From: Gnetum montanum
Taxonomy: Eukaryota; Plantae; Gnetophyta
DNA: 64,000 nt
Assembly (NCBI GenBank): GCA_015680685.1
Contig: MNCI01001687.1
Span: forward strand, 346,255-410,254
Direction: 5' to 3'
The notes under the pieces are model-generated. The model searched no databases. It was not told the DNA's origin and worked only from the letters and a program-made list of their open reading frames with translations. Below, piece after piece: positions 1-12,973 of the stretch. The translations under genes and the position numbers were made by a program. Positions within the stretch are counted from its first letter, which is position 1. Each line of letters starts with the position of its first letter.

Positions 1-1094
1 TGAAAGATGTAAGATGGCACATCTAGCATGTCGAAATAATGGAATTTGAATTTTTGCATAGACCATAGTTAATGCGGCCGAATTACGAAGTGATAAGCTA
101 TGCATTAGTTTAGAGTCATTTCGGACCACAATTTACACGATATCTATGAAATTAATGCCTCGATCTTCACATTTCATGTCATGCTAACATTGGCATTTCG
201 GGAAAGTTCCGCATCGATTGGGAAGAAAAATTAGTTAACTTCAAACATTTCATTTATAAACCACTGGTTTGATGCTCAAAACAGGCCATAGATATCATGA
301 ATTTGAATCTAGCTATATTAGAAAGGAAGTGGAAGCAAGGTGTAAACAGACGATTTTGCAAAGAACTATGGCATGAAAGGTCAGAGGAAAGAATGCTAAA
401 CTGGTTAGGATTGACGAAGTGCATGAGAGTTTGCAATGGGCTTCGTAGGCCAAAGTCGAGGCTCGGGAAGTTACTCCACTCAACCGATAAGTCACCTTTC
501 ATCCTCTTGCACTATTGTTATGTTTGTTGTGGCATTGTAGTTGTATTTATTTTGAATGTGCATATTGCGTCGGGTGTTAATATCTGTTTACGCAGACTAA
601 GCTATTGTAGTTTGCGATATTACCTTTGTATTCGCTATTGGAGATGGACCTTGTATTTTCATGAGGGTTTAAGTAGCGTAGAGTATTACTGATCAAGCGT
701 AATGTATAATTAAAAAGTCTAGGTATAGTACTCATGCATAGCATAATCAGGGTTCTATTTTCTTTTCCTTTTCTCCCGTAATAGTTACATGTTACGCTAG
801 GGTAATACACAGTGTTTCTTTCATTGCTGTTGTCAGAGATAGACATTGAGCTGTTGCAAGGGTTTAGGCGATTTTGGCTATGCATCTCTAGTATAATCTG
901 TAATGTTCTGGGAATCAGAATAACCCTAATGTCATGTGATGAATTTTTATGTCTAAATGATTTGTCTAATAGTAATGCACTTTTTATTTTTATTGTATAG
1001 TATTATGCTAAAGCTTGTCCTAATCGTTTTGGACATCGTGGACGTTCTATGCTACTCACATCTTCCCACGGCCAATGTTCCTCCTCCTCATGCT

Positions 1095-1102
1095 TATATA
1101 AA
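1095..1102 (+). promoter_or_regulatory. Candidate TATA box (TATATAAA) for the antisense gene of element B1
   Basis: TATATAAA followed by a purine-rich leader, ~120 nt upstream of the first coding-like segment on the + strand. Confidence 0.45.
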
Positions 1103-1219
1103 GGAGGAGGCAGTATGGTTCCGAAGGGGCACACGGGAGGTTTTGTAGTTTCTACTTCATAATTTTAGCGTAATCATCTGGTCGCATCTACCGGGCGATG
1201 CAGCTGCTGCTATTTTAGA

Positions 1220-4200
1220 GATGCTACCAGCTGGTTTGATGTAGAGCATCTTGACGTTCCTATCAAATGGCACGATTGAAACTATGCAGGTGCAAGACCA
1301 TGAACAGTGCACCAAAGGTTTGAGGCATTTGAGTTGGATCTGGGAGATGCCTAGATTTAACTGTTATCATGCCTACAACACTCTATTTGTGGCCTGTCAC
1401 CTCACAACCTACTTTCAGAATCCACCTGGCACTGTATATTATGTAGGCCGGTAATTTTTTGTTTCTTCTCGCAGTGTTGCAGTATGCTAACTACTATTTA
1501 AATTTGCATTGAGAATAAAGAATTTTTCCTATGGTGTAGATTTTTCATCAATGACAGTGGTCTCCTGGGCAATAACGATACATTGTCATTGACTGAAAGG
1601 GCTATAAGTGAATTTACTTCCATCAGCAACGTACGGGCCAATGTCATGGGATAACTAGCCTTCAAAATCCCAGAATACTCGACCATCTATGCCAACTTCT
1701 TTTCTAGATGTAGAAATATTAGATGGCTAGATAGGGAATGGACTTTGGACCCTCCCCTCACTATCGCAGACATGCAGAGGAAAATCCCTCCATTTCCTTT
1801 GTCATTCGGGCCCAGTAAACTTTATTATGATGATCAACTGTATCAATGTTGTTAGCTGAAAATAATGTATGAGGTTGTCCCATTTTTTTTATATTACCTT
1901 AACTATTGTTTAATGTTCTTAGTCAAGGAATCAAGGGAAATCACAATTATGGCCTTAGGTCACGAGGCTAATAGTCTCTTTTTCTGTTATGGTGATATAA
2001 AGGAAACGCAATGCTAGCTTGGCCATAGAGTGGCCTCGGTTGTGTTAACCAATAACCATCGGGAGGCTAGATTGATGGACCTATTTTTGGCCATAACCCC
2101 CAATTTCATTGCAGGTGAAATGCTGACCCTAGTCAACTCCTTCAGCGAGGAAGCTGAGCGTCTCTACATACGTGTGCATAATGTGCATGTGAATTTTGAC
2201 ATTGACACTTAACTGTTCACCAATCTCTTTGGGGTCGCCTCCGATGGCTTTCCTATAGAGGAAAAGTCGAAGAGGAGTTTGAAGTACCAGCAAGAGATAG
2301 AGGAGTGGCTAGGGGTCAAGAAGGAGGTTAAGGGAATTCCCATTGACAAGATCGAGTTGGAGGTGGCCAACACTATTTACCCCCTTTTCCAAGCTCGGGC
2401 CTTCCCCAAGACACTCTCCCAAGGGAGGTTCCTCACCATAGAGTAGTCCCAAATTATGTGAGAGGTCATGGTGGAGGGGACACAGTTCAATTGGGCCAGC
2501 TATTTTGCTGAAGACCTACACGTTGAAATGGTTAGGCTTCGCAAGAAGCTTGAGTTCCATTTTAATGTGCATTTTGCCTTCTTCATGGCTTTCTTACAAT
2601 GTTTTGCCAAATTTTTGGTAGTTCAAAGGAATGGAATCTGGGTGCAGCAAGACCGCAGCCAGATTTCCAAATCATGGATTTTCCATCTTTTCAGCACTAT
2701 CAGGTTGCAAAACCCTCCAGAAGGAATCGGGGAGATGTTTTCAATAATGACAAAAAATATGGCGGTGGATCGAACATGGGGTTAAGACAATGTGGATGGG
2801 GTGCTTTCCTCTTACATGAGTGATGTGTCATGGGGGAAGCACCTGGCGACCGAGATAGTGGATTTGTTGGTACCACAAAAAAATCTTCGTCTGACCGAGG
2901 AGCCTGCTAAGCCAGCAGGTGGGGAGAGGAAGAAAATGGAGGTTAGGTTTTAGAGGAGTAGTCCTCCTATCGGTAAGTAGAGAAAATTATGTTGCGTACA
3001 GACATTGTTGCATTACATAATTTTTATTGACTCACAATGTTATGTGAAAGTGATGGAAAAGGTTGTGGAACGATTAACCCCTAAAATAGGGGCTATAGTT
3101 TTGTGGCATGAGGAAGGGGCCCTGGCCTTGAAAGAAGAGGCTCCAATCAATTAGGTAAGAGGGGTGTAGGTTCCTACACATGAGAAGGAAGCAGCAGTGT
3201 AAGATGCTGAAGTCCTTTCGGCCGAGACAGGAAGAGGTAAATGATTTTTCACTCTATGAGTTTAGCCTTCACAGTGTACTAGGCTCTAAAAAACTACTTC
3301 TAGAGGTGATACTACTCATCGTAATGTCTCAACCATGTCTTTATATAGAATTCCTTTTGCGTAATAGGTAACCAGGGTGTACACTAGTCAACAGTGGCAG
3401 CTCAATCCTGGGGTGAATTTCCTGATAAATTCACCTTTATGGAAGGCATCGTCCATGATATGATCAGTCACATAGAGTTAATCGATCCTGAAGCTAGTAC
3501 ATTATGATCATTACACAGAGCTTATTCCATTGTGGCATTACGCTACCCAATTATGGTTAAACATAATTTTATATAATTAGGAGCTCACCTCAAATGGGAT
3601 CCGTCAAAGCCTATTGATTTAGACACCACCGAACCTCCATCGGAAGCAACCATCATGTCTTGCAACATTTACGACAAGATGCGTAGATGTAAGGTACACC
3701 CGACGCGCTCCTTATGGGAATGTCAAAGTGTGAACAAAGACCTTTGGAAAATATTGCAAAGGTCAGAGAAGGAGAAGGTAGTTCTAGGTGAGGAGGTTAG
3801 GGATTTGAGGTTGTGGAACGAGTTCCTAAAGGCCCAAGGAATGGATAGCAAGGACTGGTGAACAGCTGTTGTTGACTATGCTCGTTATTGGATTGTCTTT
3901 AGGAACAGTGTCCAGACCAGCCATGAACTGGTCAAGCAGCGGATGCAAATGGATCTCCTAGCTCAGAAAAATCAAGACTAGAAGGACTTTAGCGTGAGTA
4001 TCAAAGAATGGGGGAAAATTTAGAAAGACCATAAATATGTCCATAAACGGGAAAGCGCTACCTATCATCAATGTTACAGGGATTCTATTGTTGAGGCTCA
4101 GTCACTTCGGCTATTCCTCGACGTTATTGGTGCTTCCAGTGCATTTGAAAAGTTTTGGGAGCAAGTGATGGTAAGTGCCTCTCTAGAAAGGGAAATGACT

Positions 4201-4732
4201 CTTCCTGGAGGGGAGACTACCATCCCTTCCTTCTTCCCTGAACCACCCGATGGACTCCTATGGAGAAGGGGAAGGTCAAGGCTGGAGCTAACCTAGGAGA
4301 TGGGGTTTGGTTTGAGCTTATTATGGACAAAATTATGCAACGTCTGTGGGTTGGCTTTACAAATCCCTTTTGCTACTGATGTAGGACCATCACAGATAAG
4401 TTGTAGTAATAATTTTTGGTGTTTTTACCTAGTTTTGATGGCAATGTTAATATACGTGTCATGTCTGATCATAGGCGCAACCCAAGGAGGATCCTCAGCA
4501 AGATGAACACGATGAAGGTAACGTTCTTCACGAAGAGGGTCTGCATGAAGAAAAACATAATGAAGGTGGTCAAAGTCATGGCGAGCAACCCCATGTGGAA
4601 GAGCTTCGCATAGGGGACCTCTTTCATGAGGAGATGCCTCATGAAAACGGTGGCCCCTATGAGGATGACTTTCTTGAAGCAAAGGTGGAGCTAGGTGATA
4701 TGGGAAAAAGTGGTGACCAGAGGGATGCATAG
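1220..4732 (+). pseudogene. Degenerate multi-exon gene (or two genes) antisense to gag-protease of element B1; unknown function, partly coiled-coil
   Basis: Long frames broken mainly by TAG/TGA stops of the C>T type. GT-AG intron-like AT-rich segments at 2973-3050 and 3237-3367, acceptor at 3580. Segment ...GTQFNWASYFAEDL... resembles antisense ORFs of Tat elements. Exon 3581-4290 (LKWDP..LWECQSVNKDLW..MQMDLL) is homologous to the minus-strand frame at ~58330-58730. Confidence 0.55.
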
Positions 4733-4986
4733 TGTGGCTATATTGGCCATAGTTTTATTGTGATGAAAAAAAACAAAAGAAACTATATTTTTAACATATT
4801 TAATGAAAATTGATCTCAAGTTTAACGTTCTCTTGTTATTTTCATTTGGGAAGCGTAAATGGAATCATAGGTTTTGGCATTATGACAAGCCGCAGCTAGC
4901 TTAAGCATGAGCCATAAAATGGAGATACTAGTTTAAAGCCATTGTAGGCTGCTAAATGGTTCGAGTATAGAGCATAAATGAAATCA

Positions 4987-5530
4987 TTAGTTTCAGGCCA
5001 TTGCAGGCCTTTGATAGTTTTAGGCCATTGTAGGCCTTTGATAGTTTTAGGCCATTCTGGGCCTTTGATAGTTTTAGGCCATTCTAAGCCTTTAATAGTT
5101 TTAGGCCATTCTGAGCCTTCGATAGTTTTAGGCCCCTTTGATAGTTTTAGGCCATTCTAGGCTTTGATAGTTTCAGGCCATTCCGGGCCTTTGATAGTTT
5201 TATGGCATTCCGGGCCTTTGATAGTTTCAGGCCATTCCGAGCCTTTGATAGTTTTAGGCCATTCTGGGCCTTTCATAGTTTCAGGCCATTCTGGGCCTTT
5301 CATAGTTTTAGGCCATTCTGAGCCTTTGATAGTTTTAGGCCATTTCAGGCCTTTGATAGTTTCAGGCCATTCTGGGCCTTTGATAGTTTTAGGCCATTAC
5401 GGGCCTTTGATAGTATCAAGCCATTTTAGGCCATTGATAGTTTTAGGAAATTCTGGGCCTTTCATAGTTTCAGGCCATTCTGGGCCTTTGATAGTTTTAG
5501 GCCATTATAGGCCTTTCATAGTTTTAGGTG
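4987..5530. repeat. 27-bp tandem array (~20 units, consensus TTTGATAGTTTTAGGCCATTCTGGGCC)
   Basis: Units directly visible; they translate as the repeating nonamer LIVLGHSGP. The array lies between the converging 3' ends of gag-protease (-) and the antisense gene (+). Confidence 0.95.
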
Positions 5531-5769
5531 ATAGTAAGAGTAATTAGGACAGTTGGTGGGAAGCATAAATATACGTAAAGATACGCATAGATGAAATGAG
5601 TATAGCTGGTGGGAGCGTAAATACATGTGTAAATGAAATGAGTATTTGTACAAAATGAATGGAATAGCTGGTGAAAAATGTGCACATAAACTGCATGACA
5701 TTTAAATGACATAGTTCATTTGCTAACTCTATAATTGTTTCCTAACTACTTTTATCTTTGGTAATGCAT

Positions 5770-7865
5770 AAGGATGGGGGGATTTATCACCCTATTCTCT
5801 CATGTCAAAATCTTCCTCTTGGAATAGCAGTTTGGCCCAAACTATGCTACCATCAGCCGTTGTTTTGGCTTGTTCAGGTGTTTGGATAGGGGACTAATCT
5901 TCGAGAATTTCAATTTTCAAACCCTATTTAGTTTCTATGTTATTGACAGCCCAAGGGATCATTTCATCACCATGGATAACCACCTTCACTCCTACGTAGG
6001 GCAGATGGATCTCCTAATGGATAGGTGATGAAACTGCCCTCAGTTGAGCTAACCAAAACCTCCCTAGGATCAAGTTGAAGCCCGACATCTCCTCGATGAC
6101 AATAAAAATTACATCTATGGGGAATTGATCCCTTGCCACAACATTGATGTGCACTGTCCCTTTGACTTGCACCCATGCCCCGTTGAACGACTTTAGATAC
6201 AACGTCATTGTAGGAATGATCTAATCGATTATGCTTAGTTTATCCACTGTGGGATATGGGATGACATTTGCAGCCACCCCGTCATCTACATGTACCCTCT
6301 GGATTCAGTGTTGGCCAACCTGGATGGTGATGAACATAGGCACCATCATCACCTAACCTTTTTAAGGGTAATCCTTAATGGATTAATTGTGAAAGGTTAA
6401 CATAGAAGGCCCTGGCTTCTCAGCTATGAGAGGAAGCATAATGGAATGAATTGCTTCTTCATCCACTGGTAGGCTCTTGTCCATAAGTATGGATGTTAGC
6501 ATACGAACCATAGCCTCATGATGTTTCTATGACATCATAAGTAAGTCATAAAGGCTCAATGTTGTATTTTTTTGTTTTAGAGCTTGTTTGACTTGTGTAA
6601 AGGCGTCGAGGAGATCTTGACCATGATTTGACTGCTTGCCACCTTTTTCCTCTTCCATTCACCCTAAGAGATGGATTTCTTGGGGAAGAATGGCATCTGG
6701 TCGGAAGCTATGTTTTCTTGGACTAGTAGGAGATAGATGATTTTGTACGCCTTCATCCTTTTCAGAAATTAGGGCCAAGGGCACAGAAGCGAGGGGTTCA
6801 GGCTTGGGAAACCCTAGCATAAGAAGGTCCTTGGCTGTATTAGTTGTCATACCCTCTTCTCTTTTTCTATTAAGCTGGGATTGTGGGGTTGACTTAGAGG
6901 TTTGCCACTACATAGGAGGGGCAGTTGATGGTTTTGGCACCCTGATGACAAAGGGTGCCTTAGGCATAGGCGTGGGCTGGGATGCAGCTTTAATGATGAT
7001 AGGCTATCGGGTAGTGCTCTGAGAAGGGGCTTGGAGGACAAAAGGTTACCTTGAAGCACACCTCGTCGGTGCTAATGGGCCTGCTATATGGGGTGAACAA
7101 GCCAGTAGCTGCAACACAAAGGGCTGCTTCGGCTATGCCTGACCATTACCCTCTACTCCTACCATATTGATGGTATACCCTACGTTATTTGCATTTAACG
7201 GGTCTTGGTAAACATGCATGGCTTGGTTTTCTGGGCATGCCAAACTACTACTATCTAGAACAAGATCACTGTGATCGATCATGTGTTGAATGTTTTCTTT
7301 TAATGCCCAGAAGTAATCCGTGTCGTGACCACACAGCTGGTGGTAGTCACAGAAATGGTCCAGCATGAAGTGCTTGGGGGACTGGTGGTTCATTACGCAA
7401 AACCAAAGAAGGGTTTTTAAGGAGCTCACAATGATGTTTGTGATGCTTTAGAGCTTCCTTGGATACCCTCTTATGTTGAATATGGCCAGTTCCTAGTAGC
7501 TTCTTCAGAAGTTCCAAAGGCTTTACATGGAGCGCTGTGTATTTTGAACGATCTCTACGCTCAAATTTAGGCCTCAACTATGGAGGTGCTTTGGGGATGG
7601 AAGGAGCTTCTTGATTGGTTCCATTTGAGCTAGTTGTCAGCTTAGCCTGCTCCGTGGATGTTTCCTTTTTATTGTTATTTTTCTTCTTCGCCCCCTCAAC
7701 AGTCACCGCTATTGTCATTGTCATGGCTTTGCCTTTGTCTTTGCCCTTGCTGTGGGCATTTTTGTAAACCACATACGTGGGGTCTTTCCTAGCCTCCACT
7801 GCATCTTGGATGCTCTTAGTCTGAGCAAAGGCTTGGTTGAGGGAGTGAGGAGCAAGGTAGTACAA
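5770..7865 (-). pseudogene. Family B copy 1: gag C-terminus with zinc-knuckle-like motif plus aspartic protease; no RT follows
   Basis: FCDYHQLCGHDT motif at ~7310-7360. Protease VPMFITI..RVHVDDGVAANVIP at ~6250-6345 and FNLILGRFWL at ~6050-6080. Homologous to 54433-56900 and 61560-64000. Confidence 0.8.
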
Positions 7866-10800
7866 CTATTTGTTTGATTCCATAGGTACATATACTATTA
7901 TGTCATTATCTATATGCAAAAAACTTGGTTTGACTCCTAAAAAATCAAATAAAAATATTGTTCAAGTAGACAAAAGTAGAGTGAAGATTGTGGGTTAGCT
8001 ACCAAATGTTCTATTGGAAATCACTTCTAAACCTCATATAAAAATTAAAGTAACTATTCAACTAGTAGATATACCAAATTTACATAGTATTTTATTAAGT
8101 AGAAGTTGGAGTATGAATTTCTTTGGTTACATTTCAATAAATTATTCTAATATGTGGCTACCTTGGAAAGGGAAGCCAAATCAAATATATATATATAGTG
8201 AATCTTTGATGATGGAAACATAGCTTTGAATGCGAAGAATAAAGTTGTTAAAAAAAGAGTTTTTTAATACAAAATTTGAACACTTTAAGAAGTTTGTAAC
8301 TTGGAAAAAGAAAAAGTTCAAGATGAGAGCAAATGGGAATTATATTTTGATGGGTCTTTGTAACTCCTAAGGTGTAGGAGTTAGAGTTCTTCTAGTAAAA
8401 AGATAATATTCCAAAAATATTCAAGGTAATTCATTTATCTTTTCCTTGCATGAATAACAAGGCCAAATATGAAGCTTTAAGTATTGGAATTGAAACAACA
8501 TTGAAAATGGGAATCAAGGAAATCACCATAAAAGGAGATTTAACATTGATTTGTGAACAAGTAAAAGGAAATTGTGAGGTCAAAAAATCATTCTTGGGAT
8601 TTGATAAATAACTTGTCTACAAAATGTTGGGTTAGTTTCATTATTATAAAATAGAACATATAGCTAGAAAGGATAATTTTATGGTGGATGATAATAGAAA
8701 ATTTTGCTTCACCATTAGATGTGAAAAAGTTATAAAAATACAAATGAGTAGTAATTGAAAGTGAAAATCAACCATTAGTACTAGATAACATAAAAAATTT
8801 GTAAGTATTTGAAGATGAAAACCATATACTTAGACTTATGAAGAATAAATAAGAATTCAAAATTTAGATCATACCAAAGATAACATGAAGTTGTAAATAT
8901 AATTTGATTTATGAAAGGATGATCAGTTATGAACATGAATTTAGTAAAAAATAGTATATAGGAAAAAATATACAAGATTCTAATAGTCAAGCTTATGAAA
9001 TAGTGAATCTTGTATCTACCAAGATACCAAAGATATTAAATATCACCAAGGAAGATAACTTAGTTTTTAGGAAAAACTTGTTATTACTATTAAAGAATAA
9101 TCTATAGAATTTCACTTGGTCTTATGATGATCTTAAAGCTTTTAGACTAGATGTGATGACACATAAAATTCATTTAATAGAAGGTTATAAGAAAATTAAA
9201 CAAAAGAAAAGGAAATTTAATCCATAATTTGAACCAACTATGGAAGCTAAAATTAAGAAGTTATTGGAATCTCAAATCATATATCCAATTCAATATTCTA
9301 CATGACTTGCTAATCTCATCCTTGTAAGAAAGAACAATGGTGATATTAGGCTTTGTATGGGTTTTTGAAATTTGAATGAAGCCTCTAAAAGAGATAAGTA
9401 CCCACTCCCTAGAATTGATGAAATGTTGATCAAAGTATTAGGATGTTAGGCATAGTATTTCTTAGATGGATTTTTAGGCTATACTTAGATTATGATGCAT
9501 AATGATTAGAGGTATAAAAAATATTTTATTAATAATTTAGGGGACATTTTCTTACAAAATAATGTCATTCAAATTATCAAATGCCAAAGATACTTTTCAA
9601 ACATCAATGGAATTAGCATTTAAAGATTTGATAGGTGAATTCATAATGGTTTTTTTAGATGATATCATTGTCTATTCGGAAAGGAAGGAAGATCATATAG
9701 GTCACCTCTAGTAATTTTTGTATAGATGTTGTAAATATGGTATTTCATTAAATTTGAAGAAATGTATCTTTGGGGTTAAATCTAGAAGTTTGCTAGGTCA
9801 CATGATCTATCATGAAGGAATTTCTATACATGACACATGAATTCAAGTAGTACAAAATATTGAACATCTAAAAAACAAAAAGTCTCTTAGATCTTTCTTT
9901 TTAAAGATAAATTCTTTTCAAAATTTTTTCCAAAGAATTACCAAAATTAGTAGGCCTTTGATGAATATTCTTAAGAAAGATATCTCAGTAAAGAAAACAC
10001 TAGAGTTAGAGAAATATTTAGCTGAGATTAAAAGGACTATTCAAGAAGCTTCATACTTGGTAAAACCAAGATTGAAGGAGGATTTCTGGTTATATGCTTT
10101 TGCTTCAAATGATTCAATCATTGTTGTTCTAACTCAAAGAGATAAAATTAAAGATGAAACAATTGGATTTTTTGGATATTAGTTAAAAGTTTTAGAATTA
10201 AATTATTCAGATTTAGAGAAAGAGGCATTTTTATTTATTAAATCACTTCAGCATTTAAGATATTACTTGAAATTCTCATTGATTGATATTATGCTAATAG
10301 AACCTATGGTTAAGCAATTCTTGTCTCAAAATGATTTGGGATTGAAAAGGGGGAAATGGATTATAAAACTTCAAGGTTTTAAATTTTCATTAGAGACATG
10401 CAAGACTATTAAAGGAATTGGGTTAGCTAAGTTAATGGCTTGGGAAAATGAAATATGTGTGCTAAAAACTCATGAAAGAAATTGGTATGATGAAATTCTA
10501 GGATTACTAAACACACGAAAGGCTCCAAAAAATTTAACCACAATTCAGAAAAAAGATTTCCTGAAAATTATAATCAGCTTTATGGTTAAAGATGGAGTCT
10601 TATATGGCAAGGAGTTAGAGGAGTGTTGTTGGAATGTGTTCATAATGATCAAATTAGTCCTATTTTAGAACAATTCTATGATCATTCTAATTTGTTTTAT
10701 AAGTCTCCTAATTCCACTATGAAACATATACTTCATTATGATTTTTATTGTTTGAACATGTACCAAGATATTAGATCAAAAATTCAAAAATGTTATCACT

Positions 10801-11725
10801 GTCAAATTTATGAACAAAGAGTCAAAAAGGTTAAAGCTCCCTTGAAACTGGTAGTTGTGGATAGATAATTTCAGCAATGGGGTTTATATCTCATCGACAA
10901 AATTACTCCTTCAAGAGCTAGGCATAAATTTATTCTCATGACCACCAATTATTTTACAAAATGGTTTGAAGTAAAACCTTTTAAGAAACTATTCAGCATT
11001 TGATGTGATTAGGTTCCTAGAAGATCAAATTCTAAGTCACTTTGGTATGCCTAATGTTTTAGTATCTATTAATGGACACACTTTTCAATTTGAGGAATTG
11101 GTAACATGAGCATCAGAGGAATTGATCTTTCTATTTTCTTGCTTTAATTATTATCCTCAAGGGAATGGTTTAGTTGAATTTACAAATAAAAAGCTTATTT
11201 CCTATATCAAAAAGTTGATGGAAGGGAATCCAAGTAATTAGATTGATGACTTCGAATCTACATTATGGACTGACTATATTAGATTTGAAAAATCTATTGG
11301 AATGTTAGCCTATAACTTAGTCTATGAATTTCTAGCAAGAGTTGTGAATAAAATTTTAATCTTGGACTCTAATTTTGTACAATGGTATAGTGTAAAAATA
11401 GATAAAGAGAGAAACTTCATGACCTTTCTTATTAGAAGAGAAGCTAAAATAGATAGAGCCAAGGATAATCTACTAAAAAATGCTTCTCTACTTAAGAGAT
11501 ATTTCATTAGAAAGGCCATGAAAAGAACTTTTAAAGTTGGTGATCTAATGTTGTTATGGAATATGAAGAAACCTAATAAATTTATAGTAAGATGGCTGGG
11601 TTCATTTTAGATCAAGAAAAAATTATTATAAGACACATATAACTTGTCCACATTAAGTGGAATGGAATTACAACTTTTTTATAATGTTTTATATAAAAAA
11701 TTACAATGGACAACTACCCACAACT
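7866..11725 (+). pseudogene. pol: pol remnant (protease, additional RNase H, RT, RNase H, integrase)
   Basis: WELYFDGS (aRH) at ~8335, RT FLDDII at ~9655, RNase H AFASNDS at ~10100, integrase YYPQGNG at ~11150, GPY/F-like RWLGSF at ~11590; many stops and frameshifts. Confidence 0.9.
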
Positions 11726-12278
11726 TAAAATATATATAAATTAATAATATATATATGTATATATTAATATAATGATAGTTAAATAATGACAATAATAATA
11801 TTAAATATACATAATAATAAATAACAAATTTTATATATACTTAGTTATATAATATCTAACATTAATATGTATATATATCCTATACATATGCCTAGGCATG
11901 TATATATGGTATAATAAAATATGTATACATTAGAGTATTAGTTTAACTATTAAACATAGAGTGTTACTTTAAAATTTTAATATATATTATCTTGCGTAAT
12001 CATTACTTATCATGTGATTAACTACAATTAGTGCAAGTGGTGGTTTAGACAACCACATAATGGGAAATTAATTTAAACCAACCACATAGTGGAAATTAAC
12101 TTTATCAGTTGTATAATGGTGGGTAGTGAATAAGCCATGGTTGAGTAGGAAAGTTGGTTATTCAAATGGTGGAAAATTCAAATTTTTCTTGCATTATATA
12201 AAGAGCTATAATTTTCATGAAAAACATAACATCTTCCAATTCAACACTTAAGCAACACTTAAGCAAGAATACAAGTGA

Positions 12279-12815
12279 AATGGTCTTAGTTTGAGGTAGA
12301 AAGTAAGATTAAGAAAGATGGTAGCAAGAAGGCCTTTTGCTCCTTATGTGATTGGCTACTGTCCGAAGCATGTCATGAGAGCCTTTTGCAAGGTAACCAT
12401 TTATGGTGCATCATTCAAAACTACATTCTTACTTTGTCTTTTAGATAAATTTAGCTTCCTTACATGTGGCCAGTTCATACATTCGAATGTTTGGGTAGTT
12501 TCCTCTAATGCACCACTAAAGTTGAGTAACAAGGAGAATCCAATCAAGATGATTCTTGGGGAGAGGCTTTCATGCCTCAAGATACAAAAGCAACTGGGTA
12601 TGAAGAACTTCAAAAATTAGCAACCAAAGAGTTGGATGAAAAGGAGACAAAGAAAGTTGTTGGGAACAATGTTGAAGTAGATCAAGTTGAAGCATCAACT
12701 AGGCAAGAAGAAGAAAGAAAAGCAATCATCATCTTGGAGATAGAATATGAAAGAATTGGCAATATGAGAATTCCTAAAAGATTTAATTGAAATATTCTTT
12801 TCCCACCTACATAAT
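12279..12815 (+). pseudogene. Family A 3' extra ORF, frameshifted copy
   Basis: RRPFAPYVIGYCPKHVMRA...EIEYERIGNMRIPKR aligns with 50656-51168; TATATAAA at 12195-12202 upstream. Confidence 0.75.
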
Positions 12816-12973
12816 AGTTTCTATAAGACTATATTTGTGTAGTTTTTTTGTTTTATAGGGTTGAGGTTTTTATACTTTTGTAAAAATGTTCAATAAATTC
12901 TTGTTTAGATTTAGTTTGTGAATGATCTTAAACACCTTAAGTTCGTAAGGAATTTGAAATGGGGTAGAAGAAG

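Noticed and set aside
254-1000. Short ORFs at the window start
   Set aside because: No recognisable motifs and overlapping frames on both strands; probably the non-coding 3' region of element B1.
4978-5547. ORFs with LIVLGHSGP repeats; possible CRISPR array
   Set aside because: Head-to-tail 27-bp units with no unique spacers, in a eukaryotic TE context. The ORFs are a by-product of a stop-free monomer whose length is divisible by 3.
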